56,284 nucleotides of DNA from an uncultured Eubacteriales bacterium (GCA_900315995.1 ONBF01000004.1:1-56284); one strand, 5' to 3'; shown: positions 21,101-30,274, counted from the stretch's first letter. Translations and numbers: made by a program. Notes: a model not told the origin generated them from the sequence alone.

Positions 21101-24028
21101 TGTAACCTTGCTTACAGCTATATTATAATGGAAAGCATTATGCTCAATTATCCTTACTTGCGGCAAATTAATTTCGGTAAGTGCTTTACAATATCTGAAT
21201 GCACTTTCACCGATATATTTCAGTTTCGGCGCATTAAGCGTCGTTATGGCGTAACAACAATCAAAAGCATATTCGCCAATATGCTCAAGTTCCGGAAAAT
21301 CAAGTGAAGTTAATTTATCCGAACTTTCAAACGAAGCATCCAAACCTGTTTCCCCGCCTATATATTTTACCTTCGGCATAGAAAGTCGTTCCAGATTTCT
21401 ACTATAATAAAATGAACCCGATCCGACAACCAACACTTCCGGCAAGTTTAATTCCGTCAGTTTTTTTGTCTCATAGAATGAAGTTGTTCCCAAATATTGT
21501 ACTTTCGGTAAACTGAGAGTTTCCAGATTTTCACTCGAATAGAACGCACTGTTACATATAACTTTTGCTTGCGGCAAGTTAATGGAAACCAAAAGATTAC
21601 TATTTCTAAATGCGTCTTTACCTATATTTTCAACAACAGGTAAATATATTGAGGATATATTTGTACATCCGCTGAACGCACTTTCATCGATTATTTTTAC
21701 TTTAGGAAGTGAAACGTACGTCAGATTCGCAGGACTGTTGTTGCGCATCATAAAAGCCCAATAACCGACTGTTTCTACATTATCAAGTTCAACATCGTGA
21801 AGACTTTTACAGTCCAAAAAGGCATATTTGTCGATCGTTTTCAATTTGGGAAAATATTCATTATTTACATACTCCAAATCAAAACAATTCTGAAACGCCC
21901 CCATCCCTACATATGTCACTTCCGGTGCGATAACGGTTTTCAAATTCATACAGCTGCGAAATGCTCTTAACTGAATTTCCGTAACCGTTGACGGCAACGT
22001 AACCGAAACAATACTCGGAGAAACAAAACAGCTGTCTCCAATCGATTTTACGGTAATTCCGTTAACGTTTTCGGGAACGACTACATTTTGAAGAACCCCG
22101 AGATAAGAAACGAGAGTTCCGTTCGCCTTTATAAGAAATGCATTTTCCACATCTTGTTCGCCAAAGTAATATGTTTTTGTTGCAACATTACTTTTTCCCG
22201 TCACTTCATTTGCCGAAATTTTATAAGCGCAAACGCTTATTTTCATAGTTCTGTCGATTGCTATCGGGCTTGTATAGAGAATTGAATTTCTCGTCGGCAA
22301 AGTTCCGTCCGTAGTGTAATAAATATGTACATCGGGCTCGGAACATGACAAAATCAGATCAAAACTTTCTTCACATTGACTTTCCGTTCGACTGAAAACA
22401 ACATCCGGAAGCTTGTCGAGAAAAATATCTTCAAGATTGACCAATCCTTCGCCATAAAAAATATCAAAACCCGAATCCCCCAAATCCAATACGCTTCCTT
22501 TAAGAACACTTTCAATCTGATTGATATTATAATTCTTACTACTGTCTGACATTAACAACGCGACTGCGGCGGCAACGTGCGGAGTCGCCATGGAAGTTCC
22601 GCTCATAGATACCGTTCCACCACCGACTTTTGCGCTGAGTATATCCGCACCGGGTGCGCACACGTCAACTAAATCACCGTAGTTTGACCAGCCGGCACGA
22701 AATAAATATGAACCTGTTTGACCGACAGCGGCAACAGTCAACGCAATATCAATATTTGCAGGAGACGAATACTGAGCGTCTTCACCTTCGTTACCGGCGG
22801 CAACAACGGACAAAACTCCTTTGTCCAGCGCAGTTTGCATTGCCGCTTTATACGCATTGTAATCATCGCTTTCGATATAATCCGATCCACTCAAACTCAT
22901 ATTGATAGCACAAATATTCAAACCTTTTTGTTTCAATTCCGCAACGTGATATATACCTGCAATAATTTGGGCGTCTTCACCTCGTCCTTTGTCGTTGAGA
23001 ACTTTAACCGGTAAAATTTTCACGTTGTTCAACGTTAAATCGCAAATCGTTCCGGAAACGTGCGTTCCATGCCCTTGTACGTCTTGATAATTATCAGGAT
23101 CATCAGGATTTGAAGAAGAAAAGTTTTTGCCACCTTCCGCAATTCTTCCGTTGAACCATGAATGATTTACATCGATACCGGTATCCAAAACCGCAACAAC
23201 AAGCTGCGGTAAATTATTTGTTCCTATTGTGTTTCGGAGATATTCGGAATAATTTGGCACACCCATTACACTTGCACCCCAGGTTTTATAAGAAAAGTCA
23301 TCGCCAAGTCCCGTTATTGTCACATTGTCGGTTGTTTCCGTCGCTCTCACAATACCATCGACTTGATAATAATCGATATTTGTAAGTTTACTGAAATATT
23401 CGCACGCTTTTATCGTATCTTCTTCGGTTGCGTATTGAAAAATATGTAATCCTTTATAGCCTTCCACACTTGCAATCGCATTGTAGCCGTCTATTTTTTC
23501 TCTTGACCCTACTATCACTCTCTTTGTCCCATATGGTCTGTTAAGCGTTACTTTATCATTGTCAAACTTCAATTCATATCCCAAACTGTTTGAAATCTCT
23601 TCAATAGGGAATAAAATATCGCCGTTTTCGATTTCAACGGGTGTTCTCAAACAAGAGTCCGATTCGTCGGCAAGAACAAAATTGCTGTCGGGACTGAGTT
23701 GTACTTTTTTATTCTCTTTTTCGATAACGTATTTGCCGTCTTCTTTTGAAATATAAGATCCCGTCATTTCTTTGAACGTTTCACCCTTAACCATCAAAAC
23801 GTTGTTTCTCTTTATGAGATCACCTTCCAAATCAAACGACGTTTCTTGCATTATGTATTCATCCTGATATTCTTCAATCATAGCGCAAAGTCGCGTTGAA
23901 AAATCTTCAAAATCAATATCGCTATTTTCTTTTGCAAAAGAATTATCGGGAATCGCGCAAATGCCGATTCCGAAACAAGTAAACAAAATCAATATAAAAA
24001 TCGTTATTATCTTAAAAGGCTTTTTCAT
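18179..24028 (-). CDS. Giant (1949 aa) surface protein: signal peptide, Cu-amine-oxidase-N-like domain, S8 subtilisin-like protease, BspA-type leucine-rich repeats, five ~81-aa InlB-B-repeat-like modules, C-terminal TM anchor
   Basis: Catalytic motifs VAVLDTGID / HGTHVSGT / SGTSMATPHVAAA. Many 'IG..AF..C..L..V.LP' LRR units. Repeat modules YNITATAG..GSISPSG. C-terminal VWGVVIGVVAVVMISSAVFVFV followed by KKRKKK. Confidence 0.9.
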   Translation of the reverse strand: MKKPFKIITIFILILFTCFGIGICAIPDNSFAKENSDIDFEDFSTRLCAMIEEYQDEYIMQETSFDLEGDLIKRNNVLMVKGETFKEMTGSYISKEDGKYVIEKENKKVQLSPDSNFVLADESDSCLRTPVEIENGDILFPIEEISNSLGYELKFDNDKVTLNRPYGTKRVIVGSREKIDGYNAIASVEGYKGLHIFQYATEEDTIKACEYFSKLTNIDYYQVDGIVRATETTDNVTITGLGDDFSYKTWGASVMGVPNYSEYLRNTIGTNNLPQLVVAVLDTGIDVNHSWFNGRIAEGGKNFSSSNPDDPDNYQDVQGHGTHVSGTICDLTLNNVKILPVKVLNDKGRGEDAQIIAGIYHVAELKQKGLNICAINMSLSGSDYIESDDYNAYKAAMQTALDKGVLSVVAAGNEGEDAQYSSPANIDIALTVAAVGQTGSYLFRAGWSNYGDLVDVCAPGADILSAKVGGGTVSMSGTSMATPHVAAAVALLMSDSSKNYNINQIESVLKGSVLDLGDSGFDIFYGEGLVNLEDIFLDKLPDVVFSRTESQCEESFDLILSCSEPDVHIYYTTDGTLPTRNSILYTSPIAIDRTMKISVCAYKISANEVTGKSNVATKTYYFGEQDVENAFLIKANGTLVSYLGVLQNVVVPENVNGITVKSIGDSCFVSPSIVSVTLPSTVTEIQLRAFRSCMNLKTVIAPEVTYVGMGAFQNCFDLEYVNNEYFPKLKTIDKYAFLDCKSLHDVELDNVETVGYWAFMMRNNSPANLTYVSLPKVKIIDESAFSGCTNISSIYLPVVENIGKDAFRNSNLLVSINLPQAKVICNSAFYSSENLETLSLPKVQYLGTTSFYETKKLTELNLPEVLVVGSGSFYYSRNLERLSMPKVKYIGGETGLDASFESSDKLTSLDFPELEHIGEYAFDCCYAITTLNAPKLKYIGESAFRYCKALTEINLPQVRIIEHNAFHYNIAVSKVTLSGCLEKIDNEFGEDVKENCEFNYYDSPAINEYLSNVSEETGGFAKKATFVCKNLTSDITLRYSVKNDEICINGYDYYDWYLNGEIVIPSYIEGKPVTKISANAFKNCNKRIKFLNVIYLKEIGNSAFEGCQLLESVYLTNIEKIGEAAFKNCSALKSVQIFNVSEIGDKAFCGCNNLKSIELSENVIEIGSKAFGYDNNESVIADFVLYGFENTVAKTYANNEHVTFAYLYNTLQQFEYSTFINSATGETEICIDSVNGCLMGNIILPETVEGKKVTRIAEDAFEYCCFLTGIIMPNVINIEREAFCGCETLSYVKAPVVTFVGSQSFQNCYSLETVNMPKLEIIDTNVFICDSKLSSFTFENVREIGNLVFSSYINLPKTIYLPKIEKIGNSNFDGVSVKNIYFGRNLTSCSDNAIGKDITVYGYTGTYAKTYADNNGNTFVPLDISFVINLPNNVEVQVTDECILSIEAQGFDLKYQWYYTDDGTYESGIIIENAINSTYIPDTSNKVNRKYFVKVQDWIEDEAVSDICEVIINGVAYNITATAGEHGSISPSGSISVKEGNSMSFSFSPNEWYHISSISVDNIALTVDELQDAITNGYTFNNVTAEHSISVTFAVNTYNITATAGANGSISPSGNITLEYGNSQLFTFISNEGYHVSSIRVDNNLLTGNELQNAITNGYKFNNVTAEHSISVEFTINTYNIVATAGVNGSISPSGNISVKEGNSQTFTFTPNKMYHVSSITVDNNLLTGDELQNAITNGYTFNNVTAEHSISVTFAVNTYTLTIENSEHGEIRVSDETVKHNGSVTITFIPEYHYRLKEAMIDGKVIVLENGTAEYKLNQVTSSHTIKASFVEDLYSVSINGDSNYGNVSYSQQSSEIYGGEARTFTITPIEGYEVDKVFVNGEIVEIKNNTFTVEKISSDIDLEVTYKKSIPPTISAVWGVVIGVVAVVMISSAVFVFVKKRKKKAAL
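18752..19480 (-). repeat. Three tandem 243-bp (81-codon) coding repeats inside the giant gene
   Basis: Unit boundaries at 19480, 19237, 18994 and 18752. Units are roughly 80-85 percent identical by eye. Two more diverged modules follow, toward 18300. Confidence 0.9.
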
Positions 24029-24065
24029 TTTTATTTCCCAATCTTTTCAAAACATTATATGTTAT

Positions 24066-24095
24066 ATTATACCTTGTTTGAAGAGCCGATGTCAA
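24066..24095 (-). promoter_or_regulatory. Sigma-A promoter of the giant surface protein gene
   Basis: On the minus strand: TTGACA (24095-24090), 18-nt spacer, TATAAT (24071-24066). About 38 nt upstream of the ATG. Confidence 0.6.
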
Positions 24096-24189
24096 TACTC
24101 CTATTCCGTATACTCTCTTATATGTCGACGTATTTATATTTTGCAAAATTATTATGGAATAATCATGGCTTAAAATGTACAAAAATAAC

Positions 24190-24236
24190 GCGCACACCGA
24201 AAGTTTTTGATTATTATCCGACTTTTGGGGTGCGCA
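24190..24236 (-). terminator. Hairpin terminator after mrp, copy B of the repeated hairpin element
   Basis: gcgcacaccgaaag / cttttggggtgcgc stem with loop tttttgattattatccga. On the minus strand it is followed by tattttt. Confidence 0.7.
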
Positions 24237-24269
24237 CCGATATAATTTACATACTGTTGTTTAATACTG

Positions 24270-25103
24270 TCACTTAATAAGCTTTTCTAATTTTTCCGCA
24301 ACGTTGTCTAAACAGTCGGCGTCAAATCTCTCTATTTCTCCTTTGTCGCAAAGCTCCGCAAATTTCGGGTCTATCGGAATACGTGCGACCGTTTCGATAT
24401 TAAGTTCTTTTGCCGTCTCGTCTATTCTGCTTTTGCCGAATATATCGTACGTTTTATTACACTCGGGACACTTAAAGTACGACATATTCTCAACGAGCGC
24501 AATTACGGGCTTTTTCATAAGTTCCGCCATCTTGACGGCTTTCTTTACAATCATTTTGACAAGTTCTTGCGGTGACGTCACTACGACGATTGCGTCCACG
24601 GGCAACGATTGAAACACCGTAAGCGGTACATCTCCCGTTCCGGGTGGCATATCTACGAACATAAAGTCCACGTCGTTCCAAACGACGTCCGTCCAAAACT
24701 GTTTGACCGTACCCGCAATAATCGGTCCACGCCAAACGACAGGATCGGTCTCGTTTTCGAGTAGGAGATTAACGGACATTATTTCCGTTCCGCACAACGA
24801 GCGCACGGGAAACACGCCGAGTTCCGTCCCCGCCGCTTTCTCTTTCAGTCCGAATACTTTCGGTATGGACGGTCCCGTAATATCCGCGTCGAGTATAGCG
24901 GTGTTATATCCTTTGCGTTGCATAAGTATTGCCAGCATAGACGTCACAAGCGACTTTCCGACGCCACCTTTACCCGAAACAACGCCGATTACTTTCTTTA
25001 CTTTCGACAGTTCGTTTAACTTTTCGATAAAACTTTGCGAATCTTGTCTGCTTGCACAGTTATCTCCGCAAGACGAACAGTCGTGATTACAACCGTCACT
25101 CAT
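24270..25103 (-). CDS. Mrp/NBP35-family ATP-binding Fe-S cluster carrier protein
   Basis: P-loop SGKGGVGKS, N-terminal Cys-rich CNHDCSSCGDNC, CPEC. ATG at 25103 with SD ggaggg is preferred over the TTG at 25127 in the ORF track. Confidence 0.88.
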   Translation of the reverse strand: MSDGCNHDCSSCGDNCASRQDSQSFIEKLNELSKVKKVIGVVSGKGGVGKSLVTSMLAILMQRKGYNTAILDADITGPSIPKVFGLKEKAAGTELGVFPVRSLCGTEIMSVNLLLENETDPVVWRGPIIAGTVKQFWTDVVWNDVDFMFVDMPPGTGDVPLTVFQSLPVDAIVVVTSPQELVKMIVKKAVKMAELMKKPVIALVENMSYFKCPECNKTYDIFGKSRIDETAKELNIETVARIPIDPKFAELCDKGEIERFDADCLDNVAEKLEKLIK

Positions 25104-25119
25104 TTTCTCCCTCCGTTTT

Positions 25120-25239
25120 TTATTCAAATTCTTCCTTTGCTCTTTTCAGCGCGGCGCTTATTACTTTATCCATATCGTAATACTTGTACTCTCCGAGCCG
25201 TCCGCCGAATATGACGTTCTTTTCTTTATCGGCAAAACT
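25120..25239 (-). pseudogene. 3'-terminal remnant (about 39 codons) of a UDP-galactopyranose mutase (glf)-like gene
   Basis: Minus-strand translation SFADKEKNVIFGGRLGEYKYYDMDKVISAALKRAKEEFE* matches the conserved Glf C-terminus (GRLG.Y.Y.DMD.VI..AL). An in-frame stop lies immediately upstream, and there is no N-terminal part. Confidence 0.6.
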
Positions 25240-25406
25240 TTATATATAATATATCATAAAATTCTCTTATAAAATTATACAACAAAAAATATTATTATCA
25301 AAGCTTTTTGTCGATTACGCATTTTGGTTTACGTTAGGTTTCTTTCCAAATCTGTTGAACTAATTTTCCGTTTGATTTATAATGTTTACGATATATCGGT
25401 ACGACA

Positions 25407-26549
25407 ATGGATTCAAATGTAAACAACAACGCTAATGCATTACGGCTTAAATACGGCACACGCGCAGGCATATTCGGACTTATCTCCAATATGCTTCTTT
25501 TCGGTGCAAAACTTACAATCGGACTTATATCGGCAAGTATAACCGTTATTGCGGACGCAATCAACAACTTATCCGATATGGGCAACTGTCTTATCGTCTT
25601 GTTCGGCTTTAAGCTGTCGTCAAAGCCCGCCGACTCAGAGCACCCGTTCGGACACGAAAGATACGAGCAAATAATGGCACTTATAGTTGCCGTTATCGTC
25701 ACGGCAATCGGCGTACTTCTCGCAAAAAGCTCGATAGAAAAACTGATCACTCCTGAAAAAACGACCGTAAGCGTTGTTTCCTATATAGTGCTTTCTTCGG
25801 CAATACTTCTTAAACTTGTCCAAATGCTTGTCTATCTGCGTTACGCAAAAAAGATTGACAGCGACGTTTTGAAAGCGAGCAGCATAGACAGTAGGAACGA
25901 CGCAATAGCGACGTCCGCCGCGCTTACGGCAATGATATTAATAGGAGTATTCGGCAACACGGGATTCTCAATCGACGGGCTGTTCGGACTTCTCGTATCG
26001 CTGTTTATCATAATATCGAGTTTCAGGTTATTGCGCGAAATTATCGACCCGCTACTCGGTCAAATGCCCGAAAAGGAATTTGTCGATAAACTCAAAGCGA
26101 AGATTTTAAGTTACGACGGCGTACTCGGGATACACGACTTTATGATACACTCGTACGGTGCGCACAAGTTTTTCGTAACGGCGCACGCGGAAGTTTCGTC
26201 AAAAGAAGACATTATGAAATCGCACGATATTATCGACAATATAGAGCGCGACTTCAAAGAAGAGTTTGATATAATACTCTCTATCCACTTGGACCCCATA
26301 GAGAGCGATAATCCCGAAGTACTTAAAAACAAAGAAAAGGTTACCGCGGTAATTAAATCGTTTGACAAGTCTTTTACAATACACGACTTCCGTATCGTAT
26401 CGGGTGAAACACACACAAACGTATTATTCGACGTAGTCGTACCGTATTCAAGTAAAATTTCGGTAAAAGAAATCATACACGCATTAGATGAAGCGTATTC
26501 TACGGAATCCAAAAAGTATTATTTCATAGTCGATATAGACAGAATATAG
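25407..26549 (+). CDS. Cation diffusion facilitator (CDF) family transporter
   Basis: TM2 ADAINNLSD, loop KPADSEHPFGHERYE, C-terminal cytoplasmic domain IHDFRI... Confidence 0.88.
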   Translation: MDSNVNNNANALRLKYGTRAGIFGLISNMLLFGAKLTIGLISASITVIADAINNLSDMGNCLIVLFGFKLSSKPADSEHPFGHERYEQIMALIVAVIVTAIGVLLAKSSIEKLITPEKTTVSVVSYIVLSSAILLKLVQMLVYLRYAKKIDSDVLKASSIDSRNDAIATSAALTAMILIGVFGNTGFSIDGLFGLLVSLFIIISSFRLLREIIDPLLGQMPEKEFVDKLKAKILSYDGVLGIHDFMIHSYGAHKFFVTAHAEVSSKEDIMKSHDIIDNIERDFKEEFDIILSIHLDPIESDNPEVLKNKEKVTAVIKSFDKSFTIHDFRIVSGETHTNVLFDVVVPYSSKISVKEIIHALDEAYSTESKKYYFIVDIDRI

Positions 26550-26593
26550 TATAAAACTATCTCAATCAATCTCGTAGCGTTTTATTAATTTGT

Positions 26594-27760
26594 TCACATC
26601 GACGCTTTAAGCACCTTTATAACTTCATCCCGCGTTAATACCTTGTATCCGCCGTTCAAAATAAAAGTTGCGTCCGCAATACCTTCTATCATATCGTCCG
26701 TTACTCCGAGTTCTGATATATTCATTGAAAGACCGAGTTTTTTCATCCAATTTTCCATTGCTTTAAGTCCTTCTTCGGCGACTTCCATATCCGTCTTGTT
26801 ATCGGCGTTTACTCCCCACACTTCAACGGCAAATCTCTTAAACTTGTGAAGTCCGTACGGCATTATATGCTTATAATACGCAAGCGACACGGCGGACAAA
26901 GTCATACCGTGAGTGGCGTCCGTATACGCGCCTACCGCCTGACCTAACATATGCACCATCCAGTCCGTTTCCTTTCCGCACGCAATAAGCGTGTTAAGCG
27001 CCCACGTCGCAGTCCACATAATGTTGGATCTTGCCTCGTAGTCTTCGGGGTTATCAAACGCAATAAGCGAACTCTTGATTACCGATTTCATAAGCGCTTC
27101 GGCTATATAGTCGCTCGTATTGTCGTCCGTACCCGAGAAGTACTGCTCGCATATATGGTTGAATATATCGTATATTCCCGCCACCATTTGACGCTTCGGA
27201 AGCGAATACGTAAATTTCGGATTGAGTATCGAAAACTTCGGCATAACTTCGTCTCCGAATACATGTCCTATTTTAAGTTTTTCGTTATGATTGCTTATAA
27301 CCGAACCCCCATTCATTTCGGAACCCGTACCCGCCATTGTCAAAATACAACCTACGGGAATAATTTTACAAGTCGGCTCTTCAAACCGTACGAAATACTT
27401 TTGCCACGCGTCGTCCTTTTCGTTTACCGATACGGATACAGCCTTTGCGTAGTCGCAACACGAGCCGCCGCCTACCGCAAGTAAAAGGTCTGCTTTATTA
27501 TCACGCGCAATCTTTATCCCTTCGTACAGTTTCTCAACCGTAGGATTGGGCATAACGCCCGCGTCTTCGACCACTTTCTTTCCGCACTCTTTAAGAATCT
27601 TTATTACTTGGTCGTATATACCGTTTTTCTTAATCGAGCCACCGCCGTAGATTAACTGAACGGTCTTTCCGTAGTTTTTAAGTTCGTCTTTAAGAAATTT
27701 AAGCGAATCGTCGCCGAAATAAAGTTTGGTTGCGTTCTTATAACTGAAATTTCCGAGCAT
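26594..27760 (-). CDS. Iron-containing alcohol dehydrogenase (butanol dehydrogenase / YqhD-like)
   Basis: 388 aa. YGGGSIKKNG, AVGGGSCCDYAKA, His-rich metal site (HMLGQAVGAYTDATHG). Confidence 0.88.
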   Translation of the reverse strand: MLGNFSYKNATKLYFGDDSLKFLKDELKNYGKTVQLIYGGGSIKKNGIYDQVIKILKECGKKVVEDAGVMPNPTVEKLYEGIKIARDNKADLLLAVGGGSCCDYAKAVSVSVNEKDDAWQKYFVRFEEPTCKIIPVGCILTMAGTGSEMNGGSVISNHNEKLKIGHVFGDEVMPKFSILNPKFTYSLPKRQMVAGIYDIFNHICEQYFSGTDDNTSDYIAEALMKSVIKSSLIAFDNPEDYEARSNIMWTATWALNTLIACGKETDWMVHMLGQAVGAYTDATHGMTLSAVSLAYYKHIMPYGLHKFKRFAVEVWGVNADNKTDMEVAEEGLKAMENWMKKLGLSMNISELGVTDDMIEGIADATFILNGGYKVLTRDEVIKVLKASM

Positions 27761-27771
27761 ATCGTTTCCCC

Positions 27772-28233
27772 TTATAAATTGATTAAATCTTGCTCCGAGT
27801 ACTTATTGAGCATCTTGCCTTCTTTTATATCGCACGTTTTGTCGACGCTCGCTTTAAGATCATTAAGTGCCGAGCCGAAACCCGAACTCCCCGAAGTTGC
27901 AAACAGCACGACTTTTTTACCCTTGAAGTCATATGATTCGAGAAAGGTGTTGACGATAGTCGGCGCTGTGTACCACCATATAGGAAAACCTATATATATC
28001 GTATCGTACGCACTTATATTAGCGTCGTGGTTGGCAAGTTCGGGACGGGACGACTTGTCTTTCATTTCAAGCGTGCTTCTTGAATTCTTGTCCATCCAAT
28101 TAAGGTCAGCATCTGTATACTTAATTTTAGGCGCAATCTCGTAGATGTCCGCACCCTTTGCTTTCGCTAAATCTTTTGCAACCTTTTCGGTCACACCGCT
28201 TGCGCTGAAATACGCTACCAGAATTTTACTCAT
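27772..28233 (-). CDS. Flavodoxin
   Basis: 153 aa. ILVAYFSASGVTEKVA...YDTIYIGFPIWWYT...VLFATSGSSG. Confidence 0.85.
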   Translation of the reverse strand: MSKILVAYFSASGVTEKVAKDLAKAKGADIYEIAPKIKYTDADLNWMDKNSRSTLEMKDKSSRPELANHDANISAYDTIYIGFPIWWYTAPTIVNTFLESYDFKGKKVVLFATSGSSGFGSALNDLKASVDKTCDIKEGKMLNKYSEQDLINL

Positions 28234-28333
28234 AATTCACTCCTTTATTAACAGTTTCTTATATAAACCTTATTACGTTATATAAAACATATTTTATACT
28301 CGGACGCACTGTAAATAATCTCTGCGCTTACTG

Positions 28334-28617
28334 TCAGTCGGTAAAGTCCGTATCGACGATTATATTAAACTCGAAATCTTCAAACACGGATGCTTTTTAT
28401 TCGGCTTTTTGCCCGCAAGTTTCGTACCTACTATGGTGATAAAAGAACTCAACGCGTCGGTCAGATTGTTTACTGCGTCCATAATAATCGATACGGACAT
28501 TGCAAGAAATCCGATAAACGCCTTAAACCCTATAAGCAACACGTTGACGGCAATTCCGATTACCGACGTTTTGACTATTACTTTTTCTCTGTCAATATTA
28601 TTACTCATCTGTTCCAC
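28334..28617 (-). pseudogene. CDF transporter gene with large internal deletion plus frameshift
   Basis: N-terminal 78 aa are CDF-like (MDAVNNLTDA...KKPNKKHP), then the frame terminates. An adjacent frame reads SVFEDFEFNIIVDTDFTD*, resembling the C-terminus YYFIVDIDRI* of the intact paralogue at 25407-26549. Confidence 0.65.
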
Positions 28618-28794
28618 ACCGTTTTTTATCGCACTTAAAACTTAACGCGTCTTTTCGATGTTCAATCGTCGAAATCCGTAAACTCAATATGCGTATTTAT
28701 TATAAGTATAACATATTTTCAACACGTTATGTAATTGTTTTAAGCAATATTAATAAAAAACTCTCCTTTTCGGTAGAGCCGTTTATGCTGACAT

Positions 28795-29547
28795 TTACTT
28801 TTCTTTCATTTTGCTTTTGAATACGAATATTGCGGCAACGAACGTAATCACCGTATACGCGAGTACGATTATAAGCGGTAAGACGAAATCGTTAAACGTA
28901 TCCGATACGCCGTTTACCGTGTTTTGAAGAACGAGCGTTGCGTTTCTGAAAGGCAAACATTTCATAACCGTCAGTATCCCCGCGCCCATATTGTCAATAG
29001 GGAACCACATACCGCTTAATAAAGATTGTCCCGTTATCACGATTGACGCAATACCGCCTATCGACCTTTCGTTACTAAGCGAGCCGAAGAGTATCCCCAA
29101 ACCGATAAAGAGTAATGCGGTCACAAGCGACAAAAGGATAGCAAGCACCATACCTATGCCGAATAACGACGTATCCGCTATTCCGCCGACGATAAAAAAC
29201 AATATGGATTGAACGAACGTTATGGGTAACACAGCAAGCGCGTAAGAAAATATAAATTCATACGACTTCGCGCTTGAAACGTATAGTCTTGTCAAAAACG
29301 AACTGTTTCTGTCCACCGCAATCAATAAACCTATAAACAGAGTAAGAAACGCTTGTGAAAATGCGACTATTCCGGGAGCCAAATATTTCATTTCAAACTG
29401 CGCCGTCATAGTATGGAAAATAAAGTAAAACAATATTTCCATAAATAGCGGCAACCCTATTAAGAACGCAAGGGATATGGGGTCTCTCAATATCTCTTTT
29501 ATATTACGCTTAGTGAGTATCAAAATTCTCGAAAGTGATTTACGCAT
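28795..29547 (-). CDS. ABC-2 type transporter permease
   Basis: Six hydrophobic segments. The ATG at 29547 overlaps the upstream ATPase stop. The ORF track's alternative start is 29568. Confidence 0.8.
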   Translation of the reverse strand: MRKSLSRILILTKRNIKEILRDPISLAFLIGLPLFMEILFYFIFHTMTAQFEMKYLAPGIVAFSQAFLTLFIGLLIAVDRNSSFLTRLYVSSAKSYEFIFSYALAVLPITFVQSILFFIVGGIADTSLFGIGMVLAILLSLVTALLFIGLGILFGSLSNERSIGGIASIVITGQSLLSGMWFPIDNMGAGILTVMKCLPFRNATLVLQNTVNGVSDTFNDFVLPLIIVLAYTVITFVAAIFVFKSKMKEK

Positions 29548-30274
29548 ATATATCACCTCTCGTAACAAGCTCGACGAAAGCGTCTTCGACGTTCGTTTTA
29601 CCCGTAGTTTTATACAACTCGTCTTTCGTCCCTATGAACAAGAGTTTACCTTTTTTCATAATGCCTATCCTATCGGACAACGCCTCCGCCTCTTCCATAT
29701 AGTGCGTGGTAAGTATAATTGTCATTTTACCTTTTAATGCCGTAATGGTTTTCCATAATTCACGCCTTGCAATTACGTCCAACCCCAAAGTCGGCTCGTC
29801 GAGAAACAGTACTTTCGGGTGCGATACGAGCGCGAGCGCAACAGATAATTTTCTTTGCCACCCGCCCGACAGTTTAGCCGCTTGTTTGTTCTTTACTTCA
29901 TCGAGTCCAAACGCTTCGTACACATACTTCTTACTCTTTTCCGTTTCGTCTTTATTCTGCCCCGACAGTCGAGCGTAAAACTCGATGTTCTCTTTGACTG
30001 TCAGTTTTCGCGCGACCGCCGTCTCCTGCATTGAAATATCGACTATACCTTTTATTTTGTCTCCGTCGGTCGATATCGAATTTCCGAATACGAGCGCGTC
30101 TCCGCCCGTAGCCTTTGTAAGTGTTGCAAGCATTTTAATCGTCGTCGTTTTGCCCGCGCCGTTTACGCCAAGGAGCGAAAACAATTCGCCTTCCTCTATT
30201 TCAAGATTAAGATTATCGACCGCTACAACGTCTTTATATTCCTTTCTCAGTCCCTTAATGCTTATCGCCGTCAT
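29540..30274 (-). CDS. ABC transporter ATP-binding protein
   Basis: Walker A GVNGAGKTT, signature LSGGWQRKL, Walker B LFLDEP. Confidence 0.9.
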   Translation of the reverse strand: MTAISIKGLRKEYKDVVAVDNLNLEIEEGELFSLLGVNGAGKTTTIKMLATLTKATGGDALVFGNSISTDGDKIKGIVDISMQETAVARKLTVKENIEFYARLSGQNKDETEKSKKYVYEAFGLDEVKNKQAAKLSGGWQRKLSVALALVSHPKVLFLDEPTLGLDVIARRELWKTITALKGKMTIILTTHYMEEAEALSDRIGIMKKGKLLFIGTKDELYKTTGKTNVEDAFVELVTRGDIYA

